This document shows, in pieces, positions 36,648-64,000 of a DNA stretch of 64,000 nt (the first letter of the stretch is position 1; each line of letters opens with the position of its first letter). The notes under the pieces are model-generated. The model searched no databases. It was not told the origin of the DNA and saw only the letters and a program-made list of their open reading frames with translations. This DNA comes from the human T2T-CHM13v2.0 reference genome, Homo sapiens. Location of the stretch: NCBI RefSeq assembly GCF_009914755.1, contig NC_060925.1. The stretch is one strand, 5' to 3'. The translations under genes were made by a program, and so were the position numbers.

Positions 36648-37020
36648 CTGAACGGGGCGGGTGAGCGCGCCGCCGCGGGCCGAGTCCACCGGGTCGCCAG
36701 GCCAGGCGCGAGCTCCTCCCGTGCGGGTCCGTCACAGCATCTCCCGGGAGACGTGGCCGCCACGGGCCGGGCTCACACCCCTCCGCCCGGCTGAAGCCGC
36801 TCCTCTGCGCTCCGGCCGCCGCCTGCGACCTCCCCGGCCACCTCAGAGCCACACGCCCCCGAGAGTGCCTTCGCGGGCTGTAGGCCTGCAGACCGCTCAG
36901 CGGCTAAAACGCAGTCGCTGCTCCCGCCGCGCTTCTGGGTCCTTCCCCTTGCAACGCTGCCTGCTCGCCTCGGACAGCGCCGGCCCCGCTCTGCGCATTA
37001 CCCTGCGCCGACAAAACCGA
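36648..37020 (-). other. AHCTF1: AHCTF1 non-coding first exon (1a); 5' end/TSS approximate
   Basis: CAG|gtaggg donor at 36647 inside the CpG island; no ATG in frame with the exon 2 ATG; TSS cannot be fixed from sequence. Confidence 0.7.
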
Positions 37021-37110
37021 GTTCCACACGCCCCGGAAGGGAGGGAGCAGAGGAAAGGGCGGAGAGGGAGGGGAGAACCGGCGGGAGATCGCGGCTGCAG
37101 GGACCAGAGT

Positions 37111-37120
37111 TCTCGCGATG
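37111..37120. promoter_or_regulatory. CGCG-element-like motif TCTCGCGATG (BANP-type)
   Basis: 8/10 match to TCTCGCGAGA within a CpG island. Confidence 0.35.
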
Positions 37121-37144
37121 GTTCCGCGCTCTAGCGCCGGCTCC

Positions 37145-37159
37145 GCGGGAATTTTCAAA
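37145..37159. promoter_or_regulatory. E2F site with adjacent CHR-like element (GCGGGAAttTTCAAA)
   Basis: GCGGGAA is an E2F core; TTCAAA is the reverse complement of CHR TTTGAA. Confidence 0.5.
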
Positions 37160-37278
37160 CTCTCGGTGAAAGAAGGAGGTGGGAGGGAAAGGGAGGAAAG
37201 AGAAGCAGGGCCTGGAAGGGCGGATCATTTACAAAAAAATCGGGCCTCTCCGCCTCCGAGGAGCTGGTGGGGAGAAAG

Positions 37279-37297
37279 ACTACGAGTCCCACAGTGC
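37279..37297 (+). promoter_or_regulatory. ZNF143/THAP11-type (SBS) motif ACTACGAGTCCCACAGTGC
   Basis: Matches ACTACNNNTCCCA..NTGC consensus. Confidence 0.65.
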
Positions 37298-37341
37298 CTT
37301 GCGCGTGAAGCCGCCCTGGCGGCCCCGGCGGCGCGCCCCGT

Positions 37342-37361
37342 GCGCAGTTGGGAGTGGTAGT
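37342..37361 (-). promoter_or_regulatory. Second ZNF143/THAP11-type motif ACTACCACTCCCAACTGCGC
   Basis: Reverse complement of gcgcagttgggagtggtagt. Confidence 0.6.
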
Positions 37362-37525
37362 CTTCGCTGGGGGTCGCGCCGGGCTCTGCCAGCCGCCTGC
37401 TGCGATTGCAGGCGGACTCTCTTGTCACGTAATCGTGTGGCCCTGCCAGCTGGGGGCCGAGTGATAATCTTTCTCCCATAATTGGCAGCTTGCATTCTGT
37501 ATTTTCTGTTCTGTGCTCCCACTTT

Positions 37526-41103
<3,578 letters not shown>

Positions 41104-41992
41104 AAGAGGCAATATTTTAATACCATTCCAGCATCCTGGGAGTGACTAGCGGCCATCTGATTTCAGGGAATTCAGGACTTCATTGAAGCGTTCTGAGTTA
41201 GATCTCCAATTGTTTTGCAAAGTAACAGGGAAAGCCTTATTACTTTAACAACAACAAAAATGGAGCTTATCTGTCTCGAGCAGAGAAAACTGTCTTTGTC
41301 CTAACAGGTACATGTTCATCATTTTTGTGCAGTTGATTGGTTATAGCAAGCAGTGCCCACCCTTGATTTCTCCAATTGACAATAAACTAGGTGAATGAAC
41401 AATCATATTTTTCCTGTTCCCCACTCTATGTCCAGTGATGGCACAATGGCCAGAGCGTAAATACTAAAATCATTGTCTAGTGACTGAGCAAATAATAATT
41501 CATCATTCAAAGCAAAATATGCAAAAAAAAAAAAACAAAGCAAAATATGCCATATTAGATTATAAGGAACCTTAGAGATATTCTAGGCCAAACACCTTAT
41601 TTTATAGGTGGTGAAATGAATTGTCAAATGATTTGCTACAAATTTTTTGGGATGGATTTTTTGTTTTGTTTAAAAAATAGGCCAGGTGCAGTGGCTCACA
41701 GCTGTAATCCCAGCACTTTGGGAGGATGAGGCAGGCAGATCACCTGAGCCCAGGAGTTCCAGACCAGCCTGGGCAATATGGCAAAAACCCATCTGTACAA
41801 AAAATACAAAACTTAGCCGGGCATGGTGGTACATGCCTGTAGTCCCAGCCACTTGGGAGGCTGAGGTGAAAGGATCACTTGAGCCTGGAAGGTCAAGATT
41901 GCAGGAGCGGTGGTCGTGCCACTGCACTCCAGCCTGGGTGACAGAGCAAGAGACCCTGTCTCAAAACAAAACAACAACAACAAAAAAAAAAT

Positions 41993-42590
<598 letters not shown>

Positions 42591-42614
42591 ACATTTTTAA
42601 TTTTTAATTTTTAA

Positions 42615-42944
<330 letters not shown>

Positions 42945-43601
42945 TAAATCAAACCTACAGTCATAAAAGAAGAAAAGGAATAACAAACATTTAAATTGTA
43001 AAATATTTTTGTCATCATAGTCTTTATGCATTTGAAAAATTGTTTGCGTGAATGGTACCCCCCCCAAAAGCCAGATTATATTTCTTTCTCCAAACACTGG
43101 TAATATTTGTCATTAACAGGTACCACAATTAATCTGTTCCTTAAAATTTTTCCTCTTTCTACTTCTCCGTTTTTTTCACATTATTTTCTTCAAAGGTTAC
43201 TTTAAAAAATCTATGTGTGGGCTGGGCACGGTGGCTCACGCCTGTAATCCCAGCACTTTGGGAGGCTGAGGCGGGCAGATCACGAGGTCAGGAGATCGAG
43301 ACCATCCTGGCTAACACGGTGAAACCCCGTCTCTACTAAAAAGACAAAAAATTAGCCGGGCTAATTAGGCGGGCACCTGTGGTCCCAGCTACTCGGAAGG
43401 CTGAGGCAGGAGAATGGCGGGAGACGGAGCTTGCAGTGAGCCGAGATCGCGCCACCGCACTCCCGCCTGGGCGACAGAGCGAGACTCCGTCTCAACAACA
43501 ACAACAACAACAAATCTGTGTGTTTTGGCTAAAACTATTCAGATTCTGATTTCTCTGTTACTTAAACCCAAAGAACACCCTTAATGACAGCTCTTGAAAT
43601 A

Positions 43602-44358
43602 CAGTTACATGTCACTTAATGATGGGGAAACATTTTGAGAAATGACAATTTCATTGTTGTACAAACATCAGAGTGTACCTACAGAAACCTGAATAGTATA
43701 GCCTACTACACACCTAGACTATATGCGATAGCCTATGGCTCCCAGGCTACAAACCGGTGCAGCATGTTACTGCACCAAATACTGTAGGCAATTGTAACAC
43801 AATGGTGAGTAATTGTGCATCCAAACATAGAAAAGATACAGTAAAAATGTGGTATGAAAGATACAAATGGTCCACCTGTCTAGGGCACTTACCATGAATG
43901 GAGCTTGCAGGACAGGAAGTTGCTCTCAGTGAGTGAGTGAGGAGTGAATGTGAAGGCCTAGGACGCTACTGTACTGTACTGTAGACTTTATCAACACTGT
44001 ACGCTTAGGCTACACAGGCCTGGAACACTCACTGTTCTCTACTGTAGACTATCCACACTGTACACTTAGGCTACACAGGCCTAGAACACTCACTGTACTC
44101 TACTATAGACTTTATCAATACTGCACACATAGGCTACACAGGCCTAGAACACTCACTGTTCTCTACTGTAGACTTTATCAACACTGCACACGTAGGCTAC
44201 ACTACATTTATAAAGAAATCAAGTAATTACAGTATGGTGTCAGTGATGGCTATGTCACCAGGCAATAGGAGTTTTTCAGCTCCTTTATAATCTTCGAGGA
44301 CCATAGTTACATTTGCAGTCAGTAGTTGACCAATACCTAGTTGCATAGCGTGTGACTG
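43602..44358 (+). mobile_element. Tigger3b/c-like (Golem) element containing an internal minisatellite
   Basis: cagttacatgtcacttaatgatgggg start, MER7 core, gcgtgtgactg end. Confidence 0.8.
43954..44202 (+). repeat. Minisatellite, 4 units of 61-63 bp
   Basis: Units start at 43954, 44016, 44077, 44140 (aggcctagaacactcactgtactctactgtagactttatcaacactgtacacttaggctacac). Confidence 0.92.
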
Positions 44359-44672
44359 TCCTGCAATTGCTGACTAGAAGCTGTGTACTCAGACACCATT
44401 GCGTTTTTTATTTATTTTCAACCTTTACCTCAAGACTCATGCTTGCCTTCTGGTGTTGTTCTGTTGGATTCCAGAGGGCACAAGAGAGTTATAAGCTTCT
44501 TACAGTCAATGGCATTGCAAGTATTGCTCATGAGCTGCAAATCTGTCACCTGCCTGAAGCTCCCTGCCTCTAAGGAAACCCAGCTAAGAAAAGTTGGTTC
44601 CAGCTGGGCACAGTGGCTCACGCCTGTAATCCCAGCACTTCAGGAGGCTGAGGCAGGTGGATCACAAGATCA

Positions 44673-45248
<576 letters not shown>

Positions 45249-45671
45249 TAGCCAGCATGGTCTCGATCTCCTGACCTCGTGATCTGCCCGCCTCGGCCTC
45301 CCAAAGTGCTGGGATTACAGGCGTGAGCCACTACGCCCAGCCTAAATCATGATTGTATGGTAGTATTTTTTTTAGCACAGTTTTACTTTGTTTCAGTTTC
45401 TTATCATTCATTTATTTGTTCAGTTGTTCATCCATCAAATATTTATTGAATATTTGGGGTAGGCATCATTCAAGGCACAGCTTAAGAAGACCAGTGACTG
45501 TGTCCCTCAGCAAAGCAATCAGAACAACATCATTCAATGAAAACATTATTATGGCCGGGCACCGTGGCTCACGCCTGTAATCCCAGCACTTTGGGAGGCC
45601 GAGGCGGGCATATCACGAGGTCAGGAGATCGAGACCATCGTGGCTAACACGGTGAAACCCCGTCTCTACTA

Positions 45672-45881
<210 letters not shown>

Positions 45882-46236
45882 TTATTTTTAAAAAAATTTT
45901 TTGTTTGAAATATTTTTATAAAGGCAACTTTAAAATCAAGGAGAGCTACAGTTCTCTCATAAGTATCTTACTGATAATTACAATAAACACTCAGCATTCT
46001 AGTCAGTCATAGAAATGTTTAATCCCACATTCTGGTTTTGGTTAAGGCATTAATTCACTAGAAGTGGTTGGGTCACAGACTCATTCCCCACCAATTGGAT
46101 AAAAGGCACTTTTTCAAATGACAGCTCTATAATCATCTTTTAGACTTCTGTTACTCATATGATTCTGAATTTCCTTACTTTTTTTCACAGCCAGAGATAA
46201 TGTTTAATTTTTTTTCTGGCCGGGCGCAGTGGCTCA

Positions 46237-46491
<255 letters not shown>

Positions 46492-46493
46492 TT

Positions 46494-46524
<31 letters not shown>

Positions 46525-47288
46525 ATCCAATTGATTTCTTAAAAAAAAAAAAAAATTATAGAGACAGGGTCTCACCATGTTGCCCAGGTTGGTCTAGTAC
46601 TCCTAGGCTCAAGTGATCCTCCCGCCTCAGCCCCCAAAGTGCTGGGATTACAGGTGTGAGCCACCATGCCCAGCCCCTGAATTCTCTTATTTTAAAAGGG
46701 CCTAATTTTAAAGTTAGGTAACTACCCTTCATTACCTTCATTATAGATCATGAAAGTTTAATGCACTTGGCAAATTTTATTTCATTTTAATATTTTTATT
46801 TTTATTTATTTTGGAGACAGAGTCTCTCTCTGTGGCCCAGACTGGAGTGCAGTGGTGCAATCTTGGCTCACTGCAACCTATAAAAATAAATATTTTTATT
46901 TTTTAAAATTTCCCACAACACTGACATAAACACTTGGCAAATTTAATTGCATTTATTTATTATTTCTGGAAACAGAGTCTCACTCTGTCATCCAGGCTGC
47001 TCTCGCAGTCCTCAGCTCAAGCTCGCCTCCTGCCTCTGCCTCCCAAAGTACTGGGATTACAAGTGTGAGCCACCACATCCAGCCTATTATGCAATCTTTT
47101 AATTCTATCTCAAATATAAATTGCCTCTTCAGTGGAGCAGCTTTTGGAAAACAGACACTTGGTAAACCTTTAGTAAATAAGGCTGGGGAGACGGCATTTC
47201 AGCAGAACAGAGAGTAGAGAGTGGGAACATTTAACCTCCAAAACAGAAGGGTGGAGATAAACACACCAGCACCAGAGTCTAAGAATTA

Positions 47289-47651
<363 letters not shown>

Positions 47652-47893
47652 TCAATTTGAAGATCATGAAGGTTTCAAAGAGTGAAATACGGTCCCGCAC
47701 TTGGTAAGACTCAGATGGAGTCATGCTGCACAAACACTAAAGGATAAAATGATGTGGGAAAAACAATTTTGGCAAACTTGAGTATAATTCCAGCTGATGT
47801 ATCATAGAAACCATTTAAATAGAATCAGTCTCAATAAGACATGCAATGACATTGTTGGTGAAGTCGTTAAGTGCTTTTGTAAACATTATTTAA

Positions 47894-48567
<674 letters not shown>

Positions 48568-49522
48568 TGAAATATGAAAAGTCCTGAATTTGGGCAAAAA
48601 ATATGTAAATTTGAATTTTGATCTCTGGTGCTATCCTATGCAACTTGTGCATCCATAGATAAAGACCTTAAGCTAGCCAAGCCTCAGTTACCTTATCTAT
48701 TGTGAGGATTATGTGTGAAAATACATAGTAAGTGGAACTGCTACCAGATATGTGCAATAGCAAATATTGTTCTTATTTCTATAGCTTCAATGAGTTATCT
48801 GATACGCAACAAACTGTGATAGTATGGAAGATATTTCTCCATTGCTTTGGATGAATTATTCTACGTAAATGTCAGGCTATATTGAATCACTGTATTATAA
48901 TTTTTCTTTTGAGTTGCTGGTCATTGGTTTGGAATGTTAGTCGACCTAATGTATAATTTCTTATATAAATAATAGATTATCAGAGTCAGGCCCCTAAAAA
49001 TTACCTACTCCATCTTGTTTCAATGGGAAGATTTTTGCTCAACATCATTTTTAGTTTTTGGTAAACCTAGCCAGAACCACCAGTGGTCCCTCAGTCTCTG
49101 TCTCTCTTTTTCTTCTTTAGAAGGAATTACCCTTATGACACAACTGCAAACAAAATAAAATCTATTATCATGCCCACTTTAAAACATCAACATGGATAAT
49201 TAGATAGGAAACAAAACATGGTTTACGTATGAAAGAGAAACAAAACACTTCCAGCTTAATGAACTAGAAATAAAATCTTCCACTATAATTGCCACTATTA
49301 TCTGATGTGTTAGCACCAAGTTAATCAAAGGGGCACTCCAGACAAAGGAAGTTAATGAATCATGGTGCCATCTGCACATGCTTGAGAAGCCTGGTGCCTT
49401 GAAATAGGAAATACAACAAGGGTCCATTACAGCATCCATCACGCTATGTTCTAATTACTTTTTATAAATTATTTTCCCGACTACACTGTGAGCTTTGTTA
49501 GGACAAAAAAAAAAGTCTTTGT

Positions 49523-51114
<1,592 letters not shown>

Positions 51115-51210
51115 TTTTTTTTTAAAAAAATGAATGAATACACTACATCTGTGTAGTGCAGAAAAAAAGTGAAACACTAACAAAATAATAAAAAAGAAAA
51201 TTAAAAAATG

Positions 51211-51490
51211 AATTAATACATTTTCTTTTCTATTCATGGAGTTAGGACAACCAAATGAAAAGGGAAAAAAAGAGATATCTCAATAAAAACCAACATGGAA
51301 GAACAATCTTCCTTTCATATTCATCAGAAATAGATTCTGTGGGAGGCATGTTTTAATTCAGAACTCGGGCTGACCCAGCTGGACCCGGTGTAAATTCGCC
51401 TCACGGAGCAGGGAGTCCAGGCACTGTGTTCAAGCAGCGACGGAACCTCCGCAGGGTCTTCAAAGCAGCTCGATGGTCGACGACTGGACC
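51211..51490 (-). other. Candidate 3'-terminal exon of an upstream minus-strand gene (possibly distal exon of ZNF695 / ZNF670-ZNF695); 3' end uncertain
   Basis: Very strong acceptor cttttctttctttctttttttcag| before 51490; unique CpG-retaining sequence; phase-2 reading VQSSTIELL-stop (TGA 51462-51460); minus-strand ATTAAA at 51352-51357; gene identity from recalled synteny only. Confidence 0.5.
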
Positions 51491-52522
51491 CTGAAAAAAA
51501 GAAAGAAAGAAAAGCAGCTTAAGGTTCCAAGTAGCTCCTTGGGATATGATTTATGCTGAGGTGTTAAACCGGTTCTGATTGAAGACTTGGTTCCATTGGA
51601 GAAGTCTGTCTGTCCCTTGCCATTTCACATTCACGCAGGTGTGAGCCACTGCGCCCAGCCTCTGAGAGGTTTTAGATGGCAAAAAGATGAAGCAATCTAA
51701 AGTTATACGATAGTTCCATAAATACGGGAGGTTTGAGCTTTTATTTTTTAGCTCATTGTCTTTCCCCGAAAGGATGTGCAATGAAAATGCTCCCCGTGCC
51801 ACACCGGCTGAGGCTATCATCCTCCCGCTGCTGCATTTTAGTCCTTTGACCTTCCTAATCCCACGTCCCATCCCATCTTGATTGCTTTCTGATTTTTCTT
51901 GAGTCTACCTATCACTATATGACAGAGCGTCTTCTATCTACACCATGAAAATTTCTCCCTACAACGTGAATGTACTTTCATTCTCTTCCAAAGCCTTTGC
52001 CTGTTCTTGCCTTGCCGCTTTTCTGAACCACGTGGTCCCTATTATGTTCTCAATTCTTATGCGGTCTGATTTCTTACTCATTTTTAGCCTTCTGATAAAT
52101 TTTCATACCCTCTCGGACTTTTACTTATTTCCTGGCATTTTATGTAGCCAACAATTGCACTCATTTGTGAAGGTTGAAAGGAGGGGTGATGAGCGAGATG
52201 GCATCTGGCTGGCAGCCAGGCGGGCCCTCTCCCGGTGACAGCACCACAAACCTGGCTCCAGTCTTGCTCTTGGAGAAAACTTGGTCATGCCAGGACTCCT
52301 AGAGCTCATCTGTCTCAAGGAGACTGACTTGTGGGAACCACAATCCTAAGAAGTGTATCTAGAAACCAAAATTCTAACTTACTGATTGATAATAGTGGAT
52401 ATTTCTTTGCTTTAACTGGGATTCCTGTAGGCCTGATCCAGAGAACCCTCTCTTCAGATAGTGAGATGTGTGGGAAACCGAGTAATCAAAATATGGCTTG
52501 GTGAACATGAAATCAAAGAGTA

Positions 52523-59635
<7,113 letters not shown>

Positions 59636-60483
59636 AGAAGCCTAAAAACTCAGGGTAAGTGTAGAGCTTGGGACTCTGCTAAGACTCAACAGTGCCCTAG
59701 AGGATAGCCATTCAGTATTATCATAAATCCTCAAGTCTTCCATTTTGCCATCCTTAAAACAACTGTTTCTGAGCACAGGGACACTGGCACATGAATGAAC
59801 GAATGACTTCAGTTTGTCCTCAACTGTCTTGCCAATCAGGCCAACCTTAAAGCTACAGAAGGAGATTGTCCTGAATTTCCCTGAGAGCCAACGGCACTAA
59901 CAACTGTTAAACCAGAAGAATAAAAACCCAAATATTGGCACACACTCCCCAAACATGTTGTCCAGCAGTTGAAAGCCAAGGACAGGAACAGGCAATGCCT
60001 GCCAGCTGTTCCAGGGGAAAGGGTCCAAACTGATCTTAGACTCAGCTTTGCTTGAGTTCAGCCCGAATTGCTGGAGAAGATCCACCAACCTTCCAGTGGC
60101 CTAAGATTGATCCAAAACTGGCAGTCACCGTTCCCCAAAGGTGATACTATTATTTCAGCTCTCACAAGAAAACCCATGTAACTGGAAGATGAAGAACAAA
60201 AATCAGGATAACACAAGATTCTGATTGTCTTGTCTAATGTACAGGATTTGGAATCAGGCTTCTATATATGGAAACCATGTGTGTCTAGAGCCTTAAGTTT
60301 CATGCAAATTCCTGTAAAATGATCACTGATCAGATCATCTGTAAAAATGTGGAATCTGGATTAGACGATCTCTCAGGCCACTTCCAGCTCGAAACTCTGA
60401 CTTGCTATCTCTATATTCTTATAGGGTTTTCTTGCTCACTAAGTTTTTAGGAAAATAATAACTGAGAAAATAAAAATTTAATA

Positions 60484-61104
60484 CAGTCATACAGTCATCT
60501 CAGGATACATTCTGAGAAAATCATTGAGTGTACTTACACAAATCTATATAGTATAGCCTACTATACACCTAGGCTATCAGGTAAGGCCTTGATATGGTTT
60601 GGCTGTGTCCCCACCCAAATCTCATCCAAATCTCATCTTGAATTGTAGCTCCCATAATCCCCACGTGTCATGGGAGGGACCTGGTGGGAGGTAATTGAAT
60701 CATAGGGGGAGTTTTTCCCATACAGTTCTCACGACAGTGAATAAGTCTGCACGTGCTTTCTTGCCTGCCACCATGAAGATGTGCCTTTGCTCCTCCTTCA
60801 CCTTCCACCACGATTGTGAGGCCTCCCCAGCCATGTGAAACTGGATCCATTAAACCTCTTTTTCTTTAAAAATTACCCAGTCTTGGGTATTTCTTCATAG
60901 CAGTATGAAAATAGACCAATACAGGCCTATTGCTCCTAGGCTACAAACCTGTACAGCATGTTACTGTACTGAATAGTGTAAGGAAATCATCACACAATGG
61001 TAAGTATTTGTGATAGAAATTTTTCAGCTCTATTGTAACCTTAGGGGATCACTGTCGTCTATGAGGTCCATCATTGACTGAAACTGTTATGCAGTGCTTA
61101 ACTG
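60484..61104 (+). mobile_element. Tigger3a-like element interrupted by a THE1 LTR
   Basis: MER7 motifs on both sides of the LTR (atagcctactatacacctaggcta / tattgctcctaggctacaaacctgtacagcatg). Confidence 0.8.
60590..60923 (+). mobile_element. THE1 (MaLR) solo LTR
   Basis: tgatatggtttggctgtgtccccacccaaatctcatc...aataca; 5-bp TSD GGCCT at 60585-60589 and 60924-60928. Confidence 0.92.
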
Positions 61105-61643
61105 TATTATGTGACAAAATGTGTATAAGTAATTTTATTTAATTAAGAGTAGAAGCTCTCCCGCAGTGTTCTCATATACTCTAAACTCTAAAATTATCAT
61201 TCTACTCAGTATTGCTGATCTCTTCATTGAGCTTGTAAACAAACACCTACACAGAACAGAACTAATTAATTTTAATCTAAATCCATTTTCTTTTGTACAA
61301 AGGAGGCTTTTTCCCCAAGATTTGTTTCAATCCTTTAGCCTAAAATGATAACGCCCTATATTTACCTAGCGATGTTAACTTTTCAAAGTCCGTTCTTTTC
61401 TACCATCTCTCTAGAATGTAGGCTCCTAAGAGTACTACTGTCTTCTGGACAATGTCCAGCACACAGAAGGTGCTCAGTGAGTCCCAGCTGAAGAAAGTGA
61501 ATATGATGCTCACAAGAACTCCCTGGGTAGACAACGGTCTCATCACTAACCCCTTACTTGACAGATTTAGGTACGGAGGCACGGGAGCCAGATGAGGACA
61601 TTAACCAAAGATACCCACATGCCAGATATTAGTTTGGATTGGA

Positions 61644-64000
<2,357 letters not shown>

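Larger units (their letters stand above)
36140..37460. promoter_or_regulatory. CpG-island promoter of AHCTF1
   Basis: Abrupt rise in GC and CpG content relative to the AT-rich flanks; GC boxes; no interspersed repeats. Confidence 0.93.

Noticed and set aside
36141-36667. Plus-strand donor-like GG|GTGAGC at 36144 and 36661 suggesting an antisense spliced transcript
   Set aside because: Short motifs common in GC-rich DNA; no matching acceptor or exon identified
36144-37360. Long plus-strand ORFs in the CpG island (216, 157 and 141 aa)
   Set aside because: Expected stop-codon scarcity in GC-rich DNA; mostly non-ATG starts; low-complexity Pro/Arg/Ala content
41142-41162. CTCF-like sequence (tcagatggccgctag on minus)
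   Set aside because: Lacks the 5' CC core and has an extra base; weak match
43954-44202. CRISPR-like array
   Set aside because: Units are contiguous with no unique spacers; eukaryotic context; lies within a Tigger3 element
49318-49365. HNF1/SOX-like motifs (gttaatcaaag, acaaag, gttaatgaatc)
   Set aside because: Half-site matches only in AT-rich DNA

Overview
Primate (most likely human) genomic DNA, very Alu-dense. Positions ~1-37,000 hold the 5' part of AHCTF1/ELYS (nuclear-pore assembly factor) on the minus strand. Twelve coding exons (here numbered 2-13; 23,435 down to 916) join through canonical GT-AG junctions into one open frame of 571 codons ([10 protein letters not shown]...YIRRWITE), and the gene continues past the left edge. 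A CpG-island promoter (~36,140-37,460) carries three candidate first-exon donors: one non-coding and two adding in-frame 9-aa or 35-aa N-terminal extensions. It also has two candidate uORFs, a (CCG)9 repeat, a G-quadruplex tract and ZNF143, E2F/CHR, CGCG and YY1-like motifs. Positions ~37,500-64,000 are mostly Alu, MIR, MaLR/ERV LTR and Tigger DNA, plus one candidate minus-strand terminal exon at ~51,211-51,490 (possibly the distal exon of the neighbouring ZNF695 gene; identity from recall). Nearly all ORF-track entries are Alu-derived artefacts. I found no evidence of a new multi-gene system. The best leads are the in-frame first-exon N-terminal switch, the Alu-orientation flip at the promoter, a template-switch hairpin in intron 6 and a minisatellite formed inside a Tigger3 element. 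Repeat boundaries and subfamily names are by-eye estimates.
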